64,000 nt of DNA, taken from positions 2,272,001 through 2,336,000 of the forward strand of contig CAWGMQ010000010.1 of NCBI GenBank assembly GCA_963823665.1, given 5' to 3'. The DNA comes from an uncultured Planctomycetota bacterium (lineage in GTDB: Bacteria; Planctomycetota; Planctomycetia; Isosphaerales; Isosphaeraceae). Of this stretch, positions 47,827 through 57,533 are shown piece by piece. Made by a program: the position numbers and the translations under genes. A model generated the notes under the pieces. It had not been told where the DNA came from and did not search any database. It saw nothing but the letters and a program-made list of their open reading frames with translations. Within the stretch, counting starts at the first letter, position 1. Every line of letters starts with the position of its first letter.

Positions 47827-48945
47827 TCACGTCCGCGAGCGCGATCCCGAACCGGTCTCGCTTGACTGTTCCGTTTCGAGCCGTGCCCTGGCCGCGATCA
47901 TCGTTTGGTGCAGCTTTTTCTGAAGCAGCCGTTTCGGCGGAAGGTCCGTCAGGTAGGACGCCACCCGGATGCCGCTTTTGTCGAGTTGGAGCAGTTCAAC
48001 TCGCTCATCTCCCTTGTCGGCGCACAGAATCAGCCCGATTGGAGCACCCTCGCCACGTTCCATCTCGTGCTTTTCCAACCAGCGGAGGTACAATTCCATC
48101 TGCCCCTTGTCGCCGGCCTTGAAGCGCTCCAATTTGAGTTCGACTGCAACCAATCGCCGGAGTTTTCGGTGGTAGAAGAGTAGATCGAGATAGAAGTCTT
48201 CGCCGTCGATCACGATTCGCTTTTGTCTCGTGATGAAGCTGAAACCCGCGCCCAACTCCAGGATGAACCGCTCCATCTCCCGCAAGATCGCCGCTTCGAG
48301 GTCTTTCTCATCGTACGTATCTTTGAGGCCCAAGAACTCCAGGAAATAAGGATCGCGGAACACGAGGTCGGGCGTAAGCGTTTCTCCGCCCCGGAGCTTC
48401 GTCAATTCTTGCTTGATCAGTTCTTCGGGCTTCCTCGACAGAGCGGTTCGCTCGAAGAGCATCCCGCCGATTTTCGCTCGAAGCGCCCTGACGCCCCACC
48501 GTTCAATCCGGCACATTTCGGCGTAGAACTCTCGCTGGAGCAAATCCTTGAGTTGCAAGATCTCGATGAAGTGGCTCCAGCTCAATTGTCTCGACAGTGT
48601 CGAGACAATTTCTCCGTCCGGGAAGGATTCGGCGAATTTGATCATGCGGAACAGATTCGGTCGCGAGTAGCCGCTGCCGAATTCCACACTCAATTGTCTC
48701 GACAGCGTCGAGACAATCTGCTCGCCGTACGCGGCGCGCCGGGAATCGAGGATATCGCCTCGGATGCGCTGCCCCACCTGCCAATAGTGCATCACCAGCG
48801 CCGAGTTGACAGCCTGGAACACCCCAAAACGCGCGGAGCGTATCAGGTGGCGGAGATCCTTGATCAGCTTCGCCGGGGAGCGCACATCACGCAGCGGCAC
48901 ACGCACCATCGGCACGTTCTGGTTTTTTGCTCGTTTCCTGGCCAT
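47827..48945 (-). CDS. DUF1016/YhcG family PD-(D/E)XK nuclease domain protein
   Basis: VNSALVMHYWQVG, AAYGEQIV, YSRPNLFRM, LSWSHF, REFYAEMC, FRDPYFLEFLGL, EKDLE, ELGAGF, DLLFYHRKLRRLVAVELK, GQMELYL and PIGLILC. Confidence 0.93.
   Translation of the reverse strand: MARKRAKNQNVPMVRVPLRDVRSPAKLIKDLRHLIRSARFGVFQAVNSALVMHYWQVGQRIRGDILDSRRAAYGEQIVSTLSRQLSVEFGSGYSRPNLFRMIKFAESFPDGEIVSTLSRQLSWSHFIEILQLKDLLQREFYAEMCRIERWGVRALRAKIGGMLFERTALSRKPEELIKQELTKLRGGETLTPDLVFRDPYFLEFLGLKDTYDEKDLEAAILREMERFILELGAGFSFITRQKRIVIDGEDFYLDLLFYHRKLRRLVAVELKLERFKAGDKGQMELYLRWLEKHEMERGEGAPIGLILCADKGDERVELLQLDKSGIRVASYLTDLPPKRLLQKKLHQTMIAARARLETEQSSETGSGSRSRT
48581..48717. repeat. Two 29-bp palindromic direct repeats, 108 bp apart, in frame inside the DUF1016 gene
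   Basis: CTCAATTGTCTCGACAG(T/C)GTCGAGACAAT at 48581 and 48689. Positions 48584-48610 form a perfect palindrome with 13-bp arms. Each copy encodes IVSTLSRQLS. Confidence 0.95.
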
Positions 48946-49146
48946 GCCTCAAGATTAACGTAAGCCGCGGCTAAATCCACACAGCCCCAGGACCAGGCCC
49001 TCTTTTCTTCTCGAAGCGGCGACGATAGCTTGAACCACGCGCCCGGCGGGGAGACAGGAACCCGGACGACGCCGCGCCGGTCCTCCCGTCAGATTCGCGG
49101 GCCATGGAACCCGGTCGGAACCGAATTCTCACGGAGGCGATCAATC

Positions 49147-50203
49147 TTGGAACCGCTCGGCGTTCTGGTCCTCGGAGTCGGAGGCAATGTCAGCCAGGGG
49201 ATCTTGAAGGCGCTGGCCCTTTGCAAGCTGCCGGTGCGGGTAGTGGGGGCGTGCATCAGCCCGCTCTCGCTGGGGCTCTACACGGTTGACCGCGCGTACG
49301 TCTCGCCCCTGGCGAATGACCCTGCTTTCGTTGACTGGCTGGTCGCAACCTGTCGCGCCGAGGGCGTTCGCGCTGTTCTGTCGGGCGTCGAGCCGGTGCT
49401 TGCGGTCCTGGCGCGCCAACAGGCCCGCATACGGGCTGAGTCCGGGGCCGTTTGCGTGGTTGCTCCCCCGGATGTCCTTGCCATTGGCGACGATAAGCTC
49501 GAGAACCTGCCGCTGGCTCAAAGCCCAGGGGTTCCATGCCCCGCGCTGCTGCGATGCCGGGGATCGCGACGGCCTGGAAAAACTCGTGGCGGCTTGCGGC
49601 TTCCCGCTCTTCGCCAAGCCGCGGGCGGGCAAATCCGCCCAAGGGGTCATGGAAATCCGCGATCGCGCTGCTCTTGCTCTGGTCGCCGGCCGTCCCGAGT
49701 ATGTCGTTCAGGAACTCCTCGGCGATGCCGGCAGTGAGTACACCGCCGGCTGCTTCACGGACCGCGACGGCCGGGTGCGCGGCACGATCACGATGAGGCG
49801 CGATCTGCTCGAGGGAACGACCTACCGCGCCGTGGCGGGGGCGTTCCCCGAGGTCCGGCATGAGGCCGAGCGGATTGCCGGGGCGTTGAACCCGATGGGG
49901 CCGTGCAATGTGCAGATGCGGGTTGCACACGGGCGCCCCGTCTGTTTCGAAATCAACGTGCGATTCTCCGGCACGACGCCCGTGCGGGCCCGACTGGGGT
50001 TCAATGACGTGGAGGCCGCGCTAAGGCATTACGTCCTCGGGGAACCGGCCGTCGATTTGCCGGTCGTGACTCAGGGGATTGCCCTTCGTTACTGGAACGA
50101 GGTCTACGTCGATCCTTCGGCTCATGAGGAACTCGTGCGTGCGGGGCGTCTGGGTTGTCCGCGGGGCTACCCGATCACGGTCGAAGATTACGGAGCCCGA
50201 TGA
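49147..50203 (+). CDS. ATP-grasp domain protein (carbamoyl-phosphate synthase-like); frameshift near 49500
   Basis: VLVLGVGG, IGDDK, FPLFAKPR.GKSAQG, VVQELL...EYT and GPCNVQ...FEINVRFSG. TTG start follows GGAGG. Confidence 0.82.
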
Positions 50204-50424
50204 TGCGCGTCCGCCGGCGATTTGCCTAACGTCCGCAGTTTACCCTCGATCACTCCATCCTGGCGGTTGCTGACGATCATGCACACGGCATTGGTCGATG
50301 ACATCCACCGCCCTCGGACAACTTTTTCGAACCCGCATTCCCACGTCGGCCGATTGAGGTGATAGTGGCGCGATGCCTTTTATCGTGTTGCAGAGCCCGT
50401 GGGCACATTCTTTGGAACGGATTC

Positions 50425-51414
50425 ATGCAAACTGCGCTCGCGCCAATCGGGACCGCCCGAAACGTGCTTCTGGACCAGGCGAACACCGACGACTACAACC
50501 GGCTCGTGACCGAAGAGCTTGAACACTTCAATGAAATTGCCGTCACCGAAGGGCTGACCGAAGGCGGCATCCACGCCCACCGATGCTGGAGCTTCTATTT
50601 TGCGCATCTGTACTCAAAGCACTTCGGGCTTTCATTCTATGACGCCGTCTGGGCGGCACTTGACGGGCGAAAAGCGGCCCGCGTGCTGAGCCTGGGCTGC
50701 GGGTACGGCGGCCACGACCTGGAGATCGCCCGCAAGGCCCCGGATCTTGGTGAGTTGATCGCCGTGGACTTGAATCCCCGCGTCTACGACTCGGCCTCGC
50801 GCCGCGCGGCGGACGAGGGGCTGCCGATCTTCTTTGAACCGCTCGACCTCAATCGCGTCGAGATTGCGCCGGGATACTTCGACGTGATCTACGCTGTGGC
50901 GTCGATCCATCATATTTTGAACCTCGAGCATTTGCTCTCCCAGGTGCACCGCGGGCTGAAGGACGACGGGAAGCTGATCGTCTTCGACATCATCGGCAAG
51001 ACCCAGGTCGAGTTCTGGCGTGAGAACGTCGAATACGCCGCGCGGGTGGTCAAGCGGCTGGCGTCACGCTTTGGCCTGAGAGCCGGGCGCCGGCGGCCGC
51101 TCAAGCGATTATTCTTCGACCCTTACACCATCATTTCGCCGTATGTCGAACCCGTGATTCAAACGGGAATGGAAGGCATTCGCCAGGAAGAGATCGCGCC
51201 CTTGCTCGACCGCTCGTTTCAGGCGGAGAAGGTGTTTTACTTCGACGCCTACATGCGGCTGATCTGCACGAACGGAACGCTCGGCCCGCGCCTTGACCCG
51301 GACATCGTCGGGAATCGCACCCTGCTCGAATCGCTCTTCGACGAGGAGATGGAGCTGATCGCCGCGGGCAAGCTACGGCCTACCGAGCTGTTCGGGATCT
51401 ATTGCAAAAAATAA
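50425..51414 (+). CDS. Class I SAM-dependent methyltransferase
   Basis: VLSLGCGYGG, AVDL, DLN, FDVIYAVASIHH and LKDDGKL. Confidence 0.85.
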   Translation: MQTALAPIGTARNVLLDQANTDDYNRLVTEELEHFNEIAVTEGLTEGGIHAHRCWSFYFAHLYSKHFGLSFYDAVWAALDGRKAARVLSLGCGYGGHDLEIARKAPDLGELIAVDLNPRVYDSASRRAADEGLPIFFEPLDLNRVEIAPGYFDVIYAVASIHHILNLEHLLSQVHRGLKDDGKLIVFDIIGKTQVEFWRENVEYAARVVKRLASRFGLRAGRRRPLKRLFFDPYTIISPYVEPVIQTGMEGIRQEEIAPLLDRSFQAEKVFYFDAYMRLICTNGTLGPRLDPDIVGNRTLLESLFDEEMELIAAGKLRPTELFGIYCKK

Positions 51415-51434
51415 AGAGCCCGCATCAAGCCGGC

Positions 51435-54400
51435 TCAGGCGGGCTTCCGCAGGGCGGAGGACGCCGAGGCTTTTGTTGATTCGCCGGGATGGGCGAGAGC
51501 GAAGGCGATCACGTTGCGGACTTCGAGGTAGGCCTCGCCGCAGCAGGCTGCGAGCTCGCCGGCGGGCCGGCCTCGGTCCAGAATCCAGCGAGGCTTGCCA
51601 GCCAGGGCCTCCGGCGCGAGCTTCTCGAGACGATCGAGCTCGGCGGCGTCTTCGTAGAAGAAGCCGCGGGCCTCGTTCAGGATCAAAGAACCCACCCGTC
51701 GCGCATCCGGGTCCGGCGCCGAGTCGTTGAAGGAATGAAGCACGCTCCTGGCATGGAATACACAGGGGATGAGCGGCTCGGTGCGCGAGGCGAGCACCAG
51801 GCGGTCGGCCGCGGCCAGGTGGGAATGCACCACGTCGATTCGCAACAAGTGAGCGAGCTCGCCGAGCACAGTCGCGCAGCGCGCACGACGACGCGGTTTC
51901 TCGTCCGCGATCCGCTCATCGGCGAGCGACCAGGGATTGGGGCCGATCGTCCCCTCGACGAAAATCAGCCGAGGGCTCAACCGATGCTTCGTAGCGTCGT
52001 CGACCAGGTTCGGCCGGGCGTTACAGAGAAAAACGGCGTGCTCGCGCACCAGGGCATTGGCCAGCTCGATGACTCGTTCGGTTTCGTCGTGCGCTGCCAG
52101 GTCAGACACGACCAGAAGCACCCGGATCGCGCTCGGATCCTCGAGCCGTGAGTCGACGACCGAGCGCAGCCGCGCGACCGGTTCTTCCAGAAGTGCGTTC
52201 GCGGAGAGTGCAGGGCGTTTGAGATCGAGGCGCTCAGGAGAGCTCGTTGTATTCGAAGATGCTTCTCGCCAGACTGCCGGAGACCGCCCGTGCCGAGACC
52301 GGGTAGGTCTCGAGCACTCTCGCTTTGACGTAGAGCGATTCCTGTGCCTGCGAATCGTCGCGAATGCTCCGGTGGGTGACGGTCGCCTCGTGACGGCGGT
52401 AGAGGTTCAAGACTTCCGGCAGGTAATTCACTCGCGCCCCGCGGATGATCATCACGTAGAGCAGCCAGTCTCCGGCGAATTTGAGCTTCTTGAGCTCATC
52501 GGCGAAGTCGAGATGATCGGGCCTGCGAAAGACGACCGCGCTTGCGTTGGGGATCGTGTTCTTCTGGGAGAGGGCGAACTCGACTTCCTGGGCCGCAATC
52601 GCCGAAAAATGGCGGCGCCAGTGGACGGTGCAGATATCGTCGGTGTGCGCGAGGAAGTCGTCGGCGAGTCGCTCGCCTCGCGAACCGATCAAGGCCGACT
52701 GGCAATACGCCAGCGCGACGTCGGGATCAAAGAACTCTGGCACCAGCCGCTCGAGAAAGCACGGGTGGGCCGAGTCGTCCGATTCGGCGATCCAGACCAG
52801 ATCGCCGGTGGCCAGCGAAAGGCCCTTGAGCCATTGCAGGAAGGTGCTGCCGTTGTTCTTTTCGTTGACCACGATCTGGATCGGCACGCTCGAATTCCGG
52901 GCCAGGCGCCGCACGACCTCGACACTGTCATCCGGAGAGGCGTTGTCCAGAAAGATGATCTCATGAGGCGGCAGGGTCTGGTCGATGATGCTCTGGATCC
53001 GTTCCTCGAGATAGTGGGCGTAGCGATAGTTGGGAACGATCACCGAGACCTTGGGTCGCTGCGCAGGCCGGTAGTGGTAATCGGTCTGGAGGATTCCCAG
53101 AAGCTCGTGCAGGAAGCTTGTCCACGTGAAGCGGCTCCGGATTCGATCGCGGCCGCGGCGGCCCATCTCGAGCCGGAGCGGGTCGTCGGCGAGCAGGTCG
53201 CGAATGGCCCTTGCCATCGCGGCCAGATCGAGGTACGGAACACAGATACCGGCATCCCCGAGCACTTCGGGTGCCCCACCGGCGCCCGAGAACGCCACGA
53301 CCGCCATACCGCTTTCCATGGCCTCCATGTTGACCAGCGGACAGGGGTCTTCTCGCGACGTGAGTGCGAACAGGTCGGCGGCCATGTAGTAGGAAGTCAC
53401 CGTCCTGCGAGGTCCGACGAAGCGAATGCGGTCGTCGAGACCGCCGGACCGGCAGTCGTGCAACAGCCAGCGCCGCAGGGTTTCGTCAATGAATTCACCG
53501 ACCCAGACGAACCAGGTCCCGGGCTCTTCACCGGCCTCTGCCTCCTCGAGCAAGACCCTGCGTGCCACGTTGACGAAGAGGTCTGGCCCTTTTCTCAGAT
53601 CCACAGTTCCGCAGCCGAGCACGATCCTGGCATCATCAGGCAGCTCCAGCTCGCGGCGAACCTGGAGTCGAAGTGATCGGCGGTCGAGGCCCAGGGTGCG
53701 AGGATCCTGGCCGTTAAAATTCGTCTTGATCCGGTTCTCATCGATCCGGAATTGAGCGGCCAGCGCGGCCCGCACCGCCTGCGACGGCACCATGATCGTC
53801 CTGGACGCGCGCGCGATCACCTCGATCGACCGGTCTCCGCCCAGCAGTGAGATGAACGTCGGCAGCTCGTGAATCCAGGAGAGTACCTCGACGTGGAATT
53901 CGGCAAACGCCTCCGGGAACTGGCCGACGGCGAGCGTGTTGCACACGGCGACGCCGCGGCTCGAGAAGTCGTGAAATGCGGAGGCGATCAAACGGGGAAC
54001 GTCATGCCGCTTGAATCCCTGGGCCACGAGCCATTCGACTTCCAGGGTCGGGGCGAAGCGGGCGAACGAATCTGCAAGCTCGCCTCCCGTGAGCAGCACG
54101 ACAAAGCACTCGATTCCGGGCGTCTTCGAAAGTTCCTCCGCAACCCGAAGCAGGCAGAGCGGTGCGCCCGTGCGCCAGGCGCAATGGGAGACCAGAAGCA
54201 CCTTGAACTGGTCGGGCGATCGGTTTCCGGCGCCCTGTTCGTGCCCGAGGAATCGCCACGGCAGCCTGCGAAACCGGTCGACCGCCGTATCTTTTCGGCG
54301 AACGGCTCGTGCGAGAAACCCCATTTCGGCAGCGCACCGGGCAACACGGCTGCTGCGCAGCTTTCGGAGCAATTGCTCGTGAGCCCTCCGCAGCGTGACG

Positions 54401-54699
54401 CCGATGCCGATGGCGCGAGCTGTCTTCAAGAACCGTGAAGCCAGCATCCAGCAGCGGCCCAGAAGTGTTTCAGGACGGAGGATCCTGGTGCGCAAGCGAC
54501 TCAAGCGAGAAATCAGCAGCCAGCTCAGGCTGGACTGAATTTCGCTCAATCGATCTTCGGAAATCTCAAGCTCGCGCCGGAGAGCGACATTGCTCTTGCG
54601 TAACTCATCCAATTCCTTGCGAGCGTGCTTGAGCTCTTCATTGTGCAGCAGAGAGCGCGCTTGAAGAGATTCCTGCTCAAACGTCTCGTTTGCTTCCAT
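51435..54699 (-). CDS. Multidomain glycosyltransferase: coiled coil, GT4, GT2, then GT4 N-half; frameshift near 52240
   Basis: SHCAWRTGAP, RKGPDLF and LTSREDPCPLVNMEAM (GT4); VSVIVPNY, LDNASPD, WIAESDD, NTIPNAS and GDW (GT2). Continues into ORF 51435-52121 (RVLLVV, IDVVHSH). The ORF-track start is 54870. Confidence 0.85.
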
Positions 54700-54884
54700 G
54701 AATCGGCGGGCTCCGTCCAGCTCGGTGTCGAGCCGGGGTTTTATAGCAGCAGGCGCCCTATCTGGCAATCCAAACGCGTCAAGTCGCGCCTTGATCTGGA
54801 CACGGAACGCGATCTGCTGTACCAGATCACTGCATTTGGAAAGCCCATCGACCCTTTTCAGGACGCTCAACCCACGGAGTTCTG

Positions 54885-56264
54885 ATGGCGACCAATCTCA
54901 CGGCGAATCGGATAGCGATTCGGATCAGAAACGCGCGCGGCAGGTTGGCGCGAGTCATCAATCGGCTGAGGAAGCCGGGAACGTCCAGAATCGTCCCTGC
55001 GGCGCTCGAGGCAGCGACCGCCCGCGCGGTTCTCGAAGTGACATCCATCGGAAACAAGCCGGTTGAGTCGGGCTTGCTGGCGATCGAGGGCTGGGCGTGT
55101 TCGGGTGAGGAGGTGCTCAAGGAAGGTTTGGTCGAGCTGGCGGTCGACGATGAGAAAGAATGGGTAGAGCTCACGAACCGCGTAGACCGCCCGGGCGGCT
55201 CGACCGGGAACGATGGAGCTCGAACCGGCTTCCAGGCTGCGATCAACACGTTCCTGCTTTCCAACGGCGCCCACCGGGCTCGTTTGCGGGTGAAGACCGG
55301 TTCCGGACAGGTCGCCGCGAACAGAGACGCCACGTTTCGGGTGCACAACTCCGGCTCGCTTGCCGAGACCACGACTCGCCTCATCAAGAGTGCCGCTGGC
55401 CACAAACGAATCCTGGTTGACCCGATCGACTCGTCGGATTTTCCGTTCGCCAAAGCCGGCGAGGTGGCATGGTTCGAGCGACCAGACGCCGAGCGCCATG
55501 TCGCCGACGTCATGCGCCGGCACGGCCTGCCGGCGATGTACGAACCCCACTTACATCATTTTCTGCGCGAGGGCTACATCGTCCTCGAAGGTCTGGTACC
55601 GCAGGAGGTTTGCCAGCAAATCAACAGTGACATGGATGCCCTGTTCGCCACGGGCTTCTATCGGCTCGAGTTCAAGGGGCAACGATTCGAGCACTTGTAC
55701 GAGCACAGCAAGGCGACGCGCGATCTCTGGACTCACCCCGAAATCCTGAAACTGCTCACCGCCATCTTCGACGACCAGGCCGTCCCCTGTCAGACGCTCA
55801 ACTTCATCCACGGCAGCCAGCAGGGAATTCACCACGACCTGATCCATTTGACGCCCTTTCCCCAGGGCCTCATGTGCGGGGTTTGGGTGTCGCTCGAGGA
55901 CATCCACCCCGACGCCGGTCCGCTCATCGTCTATCCCGGGAGTCACCGCCTGCCTCGACTCTACACTCGCACGGTCGGCACCGAGAAAGTTCGTCCGGGC
56001 TCGAGCTGGGCGGAATTTGCAGCCCGGTATTCACCGAAGGTTATGGAGCAGATCAACCAGGCCGGGCTCGAGCCGGTGTACTATACCCCGAAGGCGGGCT
56101 CGGCACTGATCTGGCACGAAAACCTGGCGCACGGCGGCTCACCCCGCAAGAATGACGAGTTGACTCGCAAGTCGATGGTGAGCCATTACTTTGCCCGCGG
56201 CTCCGTCGCCTTCTACGACAGCACGGGCGTACCCGCCGGGAAGTCACCCGCGGACGACGATTGA
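54885..56264 (+). CDS. Phytanoyl-CoA dioxygenase (PhyH)-family Fe(II)/2-oxoglutarate oxygenase with N-terminal beta-rich extension
   Basis: EGYIVL, GSQQGIHHD (HxD), GVWVSLEDI..DAGPL..YPGSHR, WHENLAHGG and TRKS.V.HY. Confidence 0.85.
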   Translation: MATNLTANRIAIRIRNARGRLARVINRLRKPGTSRIVPAALEAATARAVLEVTSIGNKPVESGLLAIEGWACSGEEVLKEGLVELAVDDEKEWVELTNRVDRPGGSTGNDGARTGFQAAINTFLLSNGAHRARLRVKTGSGQVAANRDATFRVHNSGSLAETTTRLIKSAAGHKRILVDPIDSSDFPFAKAGEVAWFERPDAERHVADVMRRHGLPAMYEPHLHHFLREGYIVLEGLVPQEVCQQINSDMDALFATGFYRLEFKGQRFEHLYEHSKATRDLWTHPEILKLLTAIFDDQAVPCQTLNFIHGSQQGIHHDLIHLTPFPQGLMCGVWVSLEDIHPDAGPLIVYPGSHRLPRLYTRTVGTEKVRPGSSWAEFAARYSPKVMEQINQAGLEPVYYTPKAGSALIWHENLAHGGSPRKNDELTRKSMVSHYFARGSVAFYDSTGVPAGKSPADDD

Positions 56265-56302
56265 TCTTCGCTTCTGGCAGCTTCCCAATCGCTCGCGGAG
56301 CG

Positions 56303-57460
56303 TCACGCCGGCTTCGACCAGCGTCGCCAAGCTGCGCGAGCAGAGCGGGCAAGGCGACGAGCCGGCGGAGGAGTCTTCTCGCGCAGGAGTCGAAGGAACG
56401 AAATCGGCGGCACGCTGGCGCCGTGGCCTTCATACCAGTTGTAGTAGGATCGGTTGGCATCGCTGGTCTGGTAGGGATCGGGAAAGCCGTGAATGAGGTC
56501 TTCCCGGTGGCGATAGGTCAGACGATGGCGCTCCGTGATCCGCTGGCCGTTCTCGAACGAATTGTAGATGCATTCGAGGCCGCCCAAGGTTGACTGCCCC
56601 AGCTCCTCGCACCGCGCGATGTACCAGTCGCGCAACTCGAAGAGCACGGGGCTGTGCGCCCCGTATCGATCGAGCATGATCTTCTGGGCGCCGCTGTCGA
56701 AGCCCGAAAAGTGGTAAAACACGAGAGGGCGACCGTTGATCAGGATTTCATAGGGCGCGGATCCGGTGGCAGTACGGTGGGTCAGATTCCAGGTTGCGAC
56801 ATTGTACTGTGGGTCGCGCATGATCTTGATGTCGTCAAAGAACGCCGGTGCCAGGTCGATCCAGCGCTGATCGGTGAACAGGCCCGAAGGGATATCGTCG
56901 TAGCAGAAACGGCGCAGCCGATCGGCCCACCAGTCGACGAAGCTGCGCCCCTCTTCGGTCATTCGCACGGCAAGGAACCCAAGGTTATAGACACCGTGCT
57001 TCAAGGAGCAGACTTCGTTATCGATCATCGCCTGCAGATCGGTTTCGGGTTTACATTGGTGCGGTGTGAGCAGAACACTGCACCCGTCGAGCGTGCGCTC
57101 CATGTCGTCGAGGGACCCCAGCACCACGATGTCCGGATCAAAGTAGTAGATGCGCTCGGCACCGAACCGGTCGGCGATGTACTGGAAAGCGGTACCCTTC
57201 ACGGCCGTGCAGAGCTCCACGAGCCGATGTTTGAAAATCCACGAATTCAGATTCTCGATGGGAAGGTCGGTGACGTTGATGATGGAATCGAAGGGAGCCG
57301 TGACGCTTTCCGGGCAGTCCGGCATCCGGTCGCACAGGACGAGATGAAACACCGCCTGGGGATGCTGCCGCTTGACTGAATGAGCCAGCGCGGCGGCCTT
57401 GGGCAGGTAGTTTGCAGTGATGCTCGTAAATACGTGCATTTTTACTCCTGTGTAGGCCAT
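56303..57460 (-). CDS. GT-A fold glycosyltransferase (GT8-like), copy 2
   Basis: MHVFTSITANYLPKA, YYFDPDI and FYHFSG; ends AWRRWSKPA like copy 1. Confidence 0.82.
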   Translation of the reverse strand: MAYTGVKMHVFTSITANYLPKAAALAHSVKRQHPQAVFHLVLCDRMPDCPESVTAPFDSIINVTDLPIENLNSWIFKHRLVELCTAVKGTAFQYIADRFGAERIYYFDPDIVVLGSLDDMERTLDGCSVLLTPHQCKPETDLQAMIDNEVCSLKHGVYNLGFLAVRMTEEGRSFVDWWADRLRRFCYDDIPSGLFTDQRWIDLAPAFFDDIKIMRDPQYNVATWNLTHRTATGSAPYEILINGRPLVFYHFSGFDSGAQKIMLDRYGAHSPVLFELRDWYIARCEELGQSTLGGLECIYNSFENGQRITERHRLTYRHREDLIHGFPDPYQTSDANRSYYNWYEGHGASVPPISFLRLLREKTPPPARRLARSARAAWRRWSKPA

Positions 57461-57533
57461 GCGGATCGATTGCGGGAATCCTGTCGAGCTCCGCGGGCAA
57501 GCCGCCTGCGACGAGAGGCCCTGGTTCCGGACC

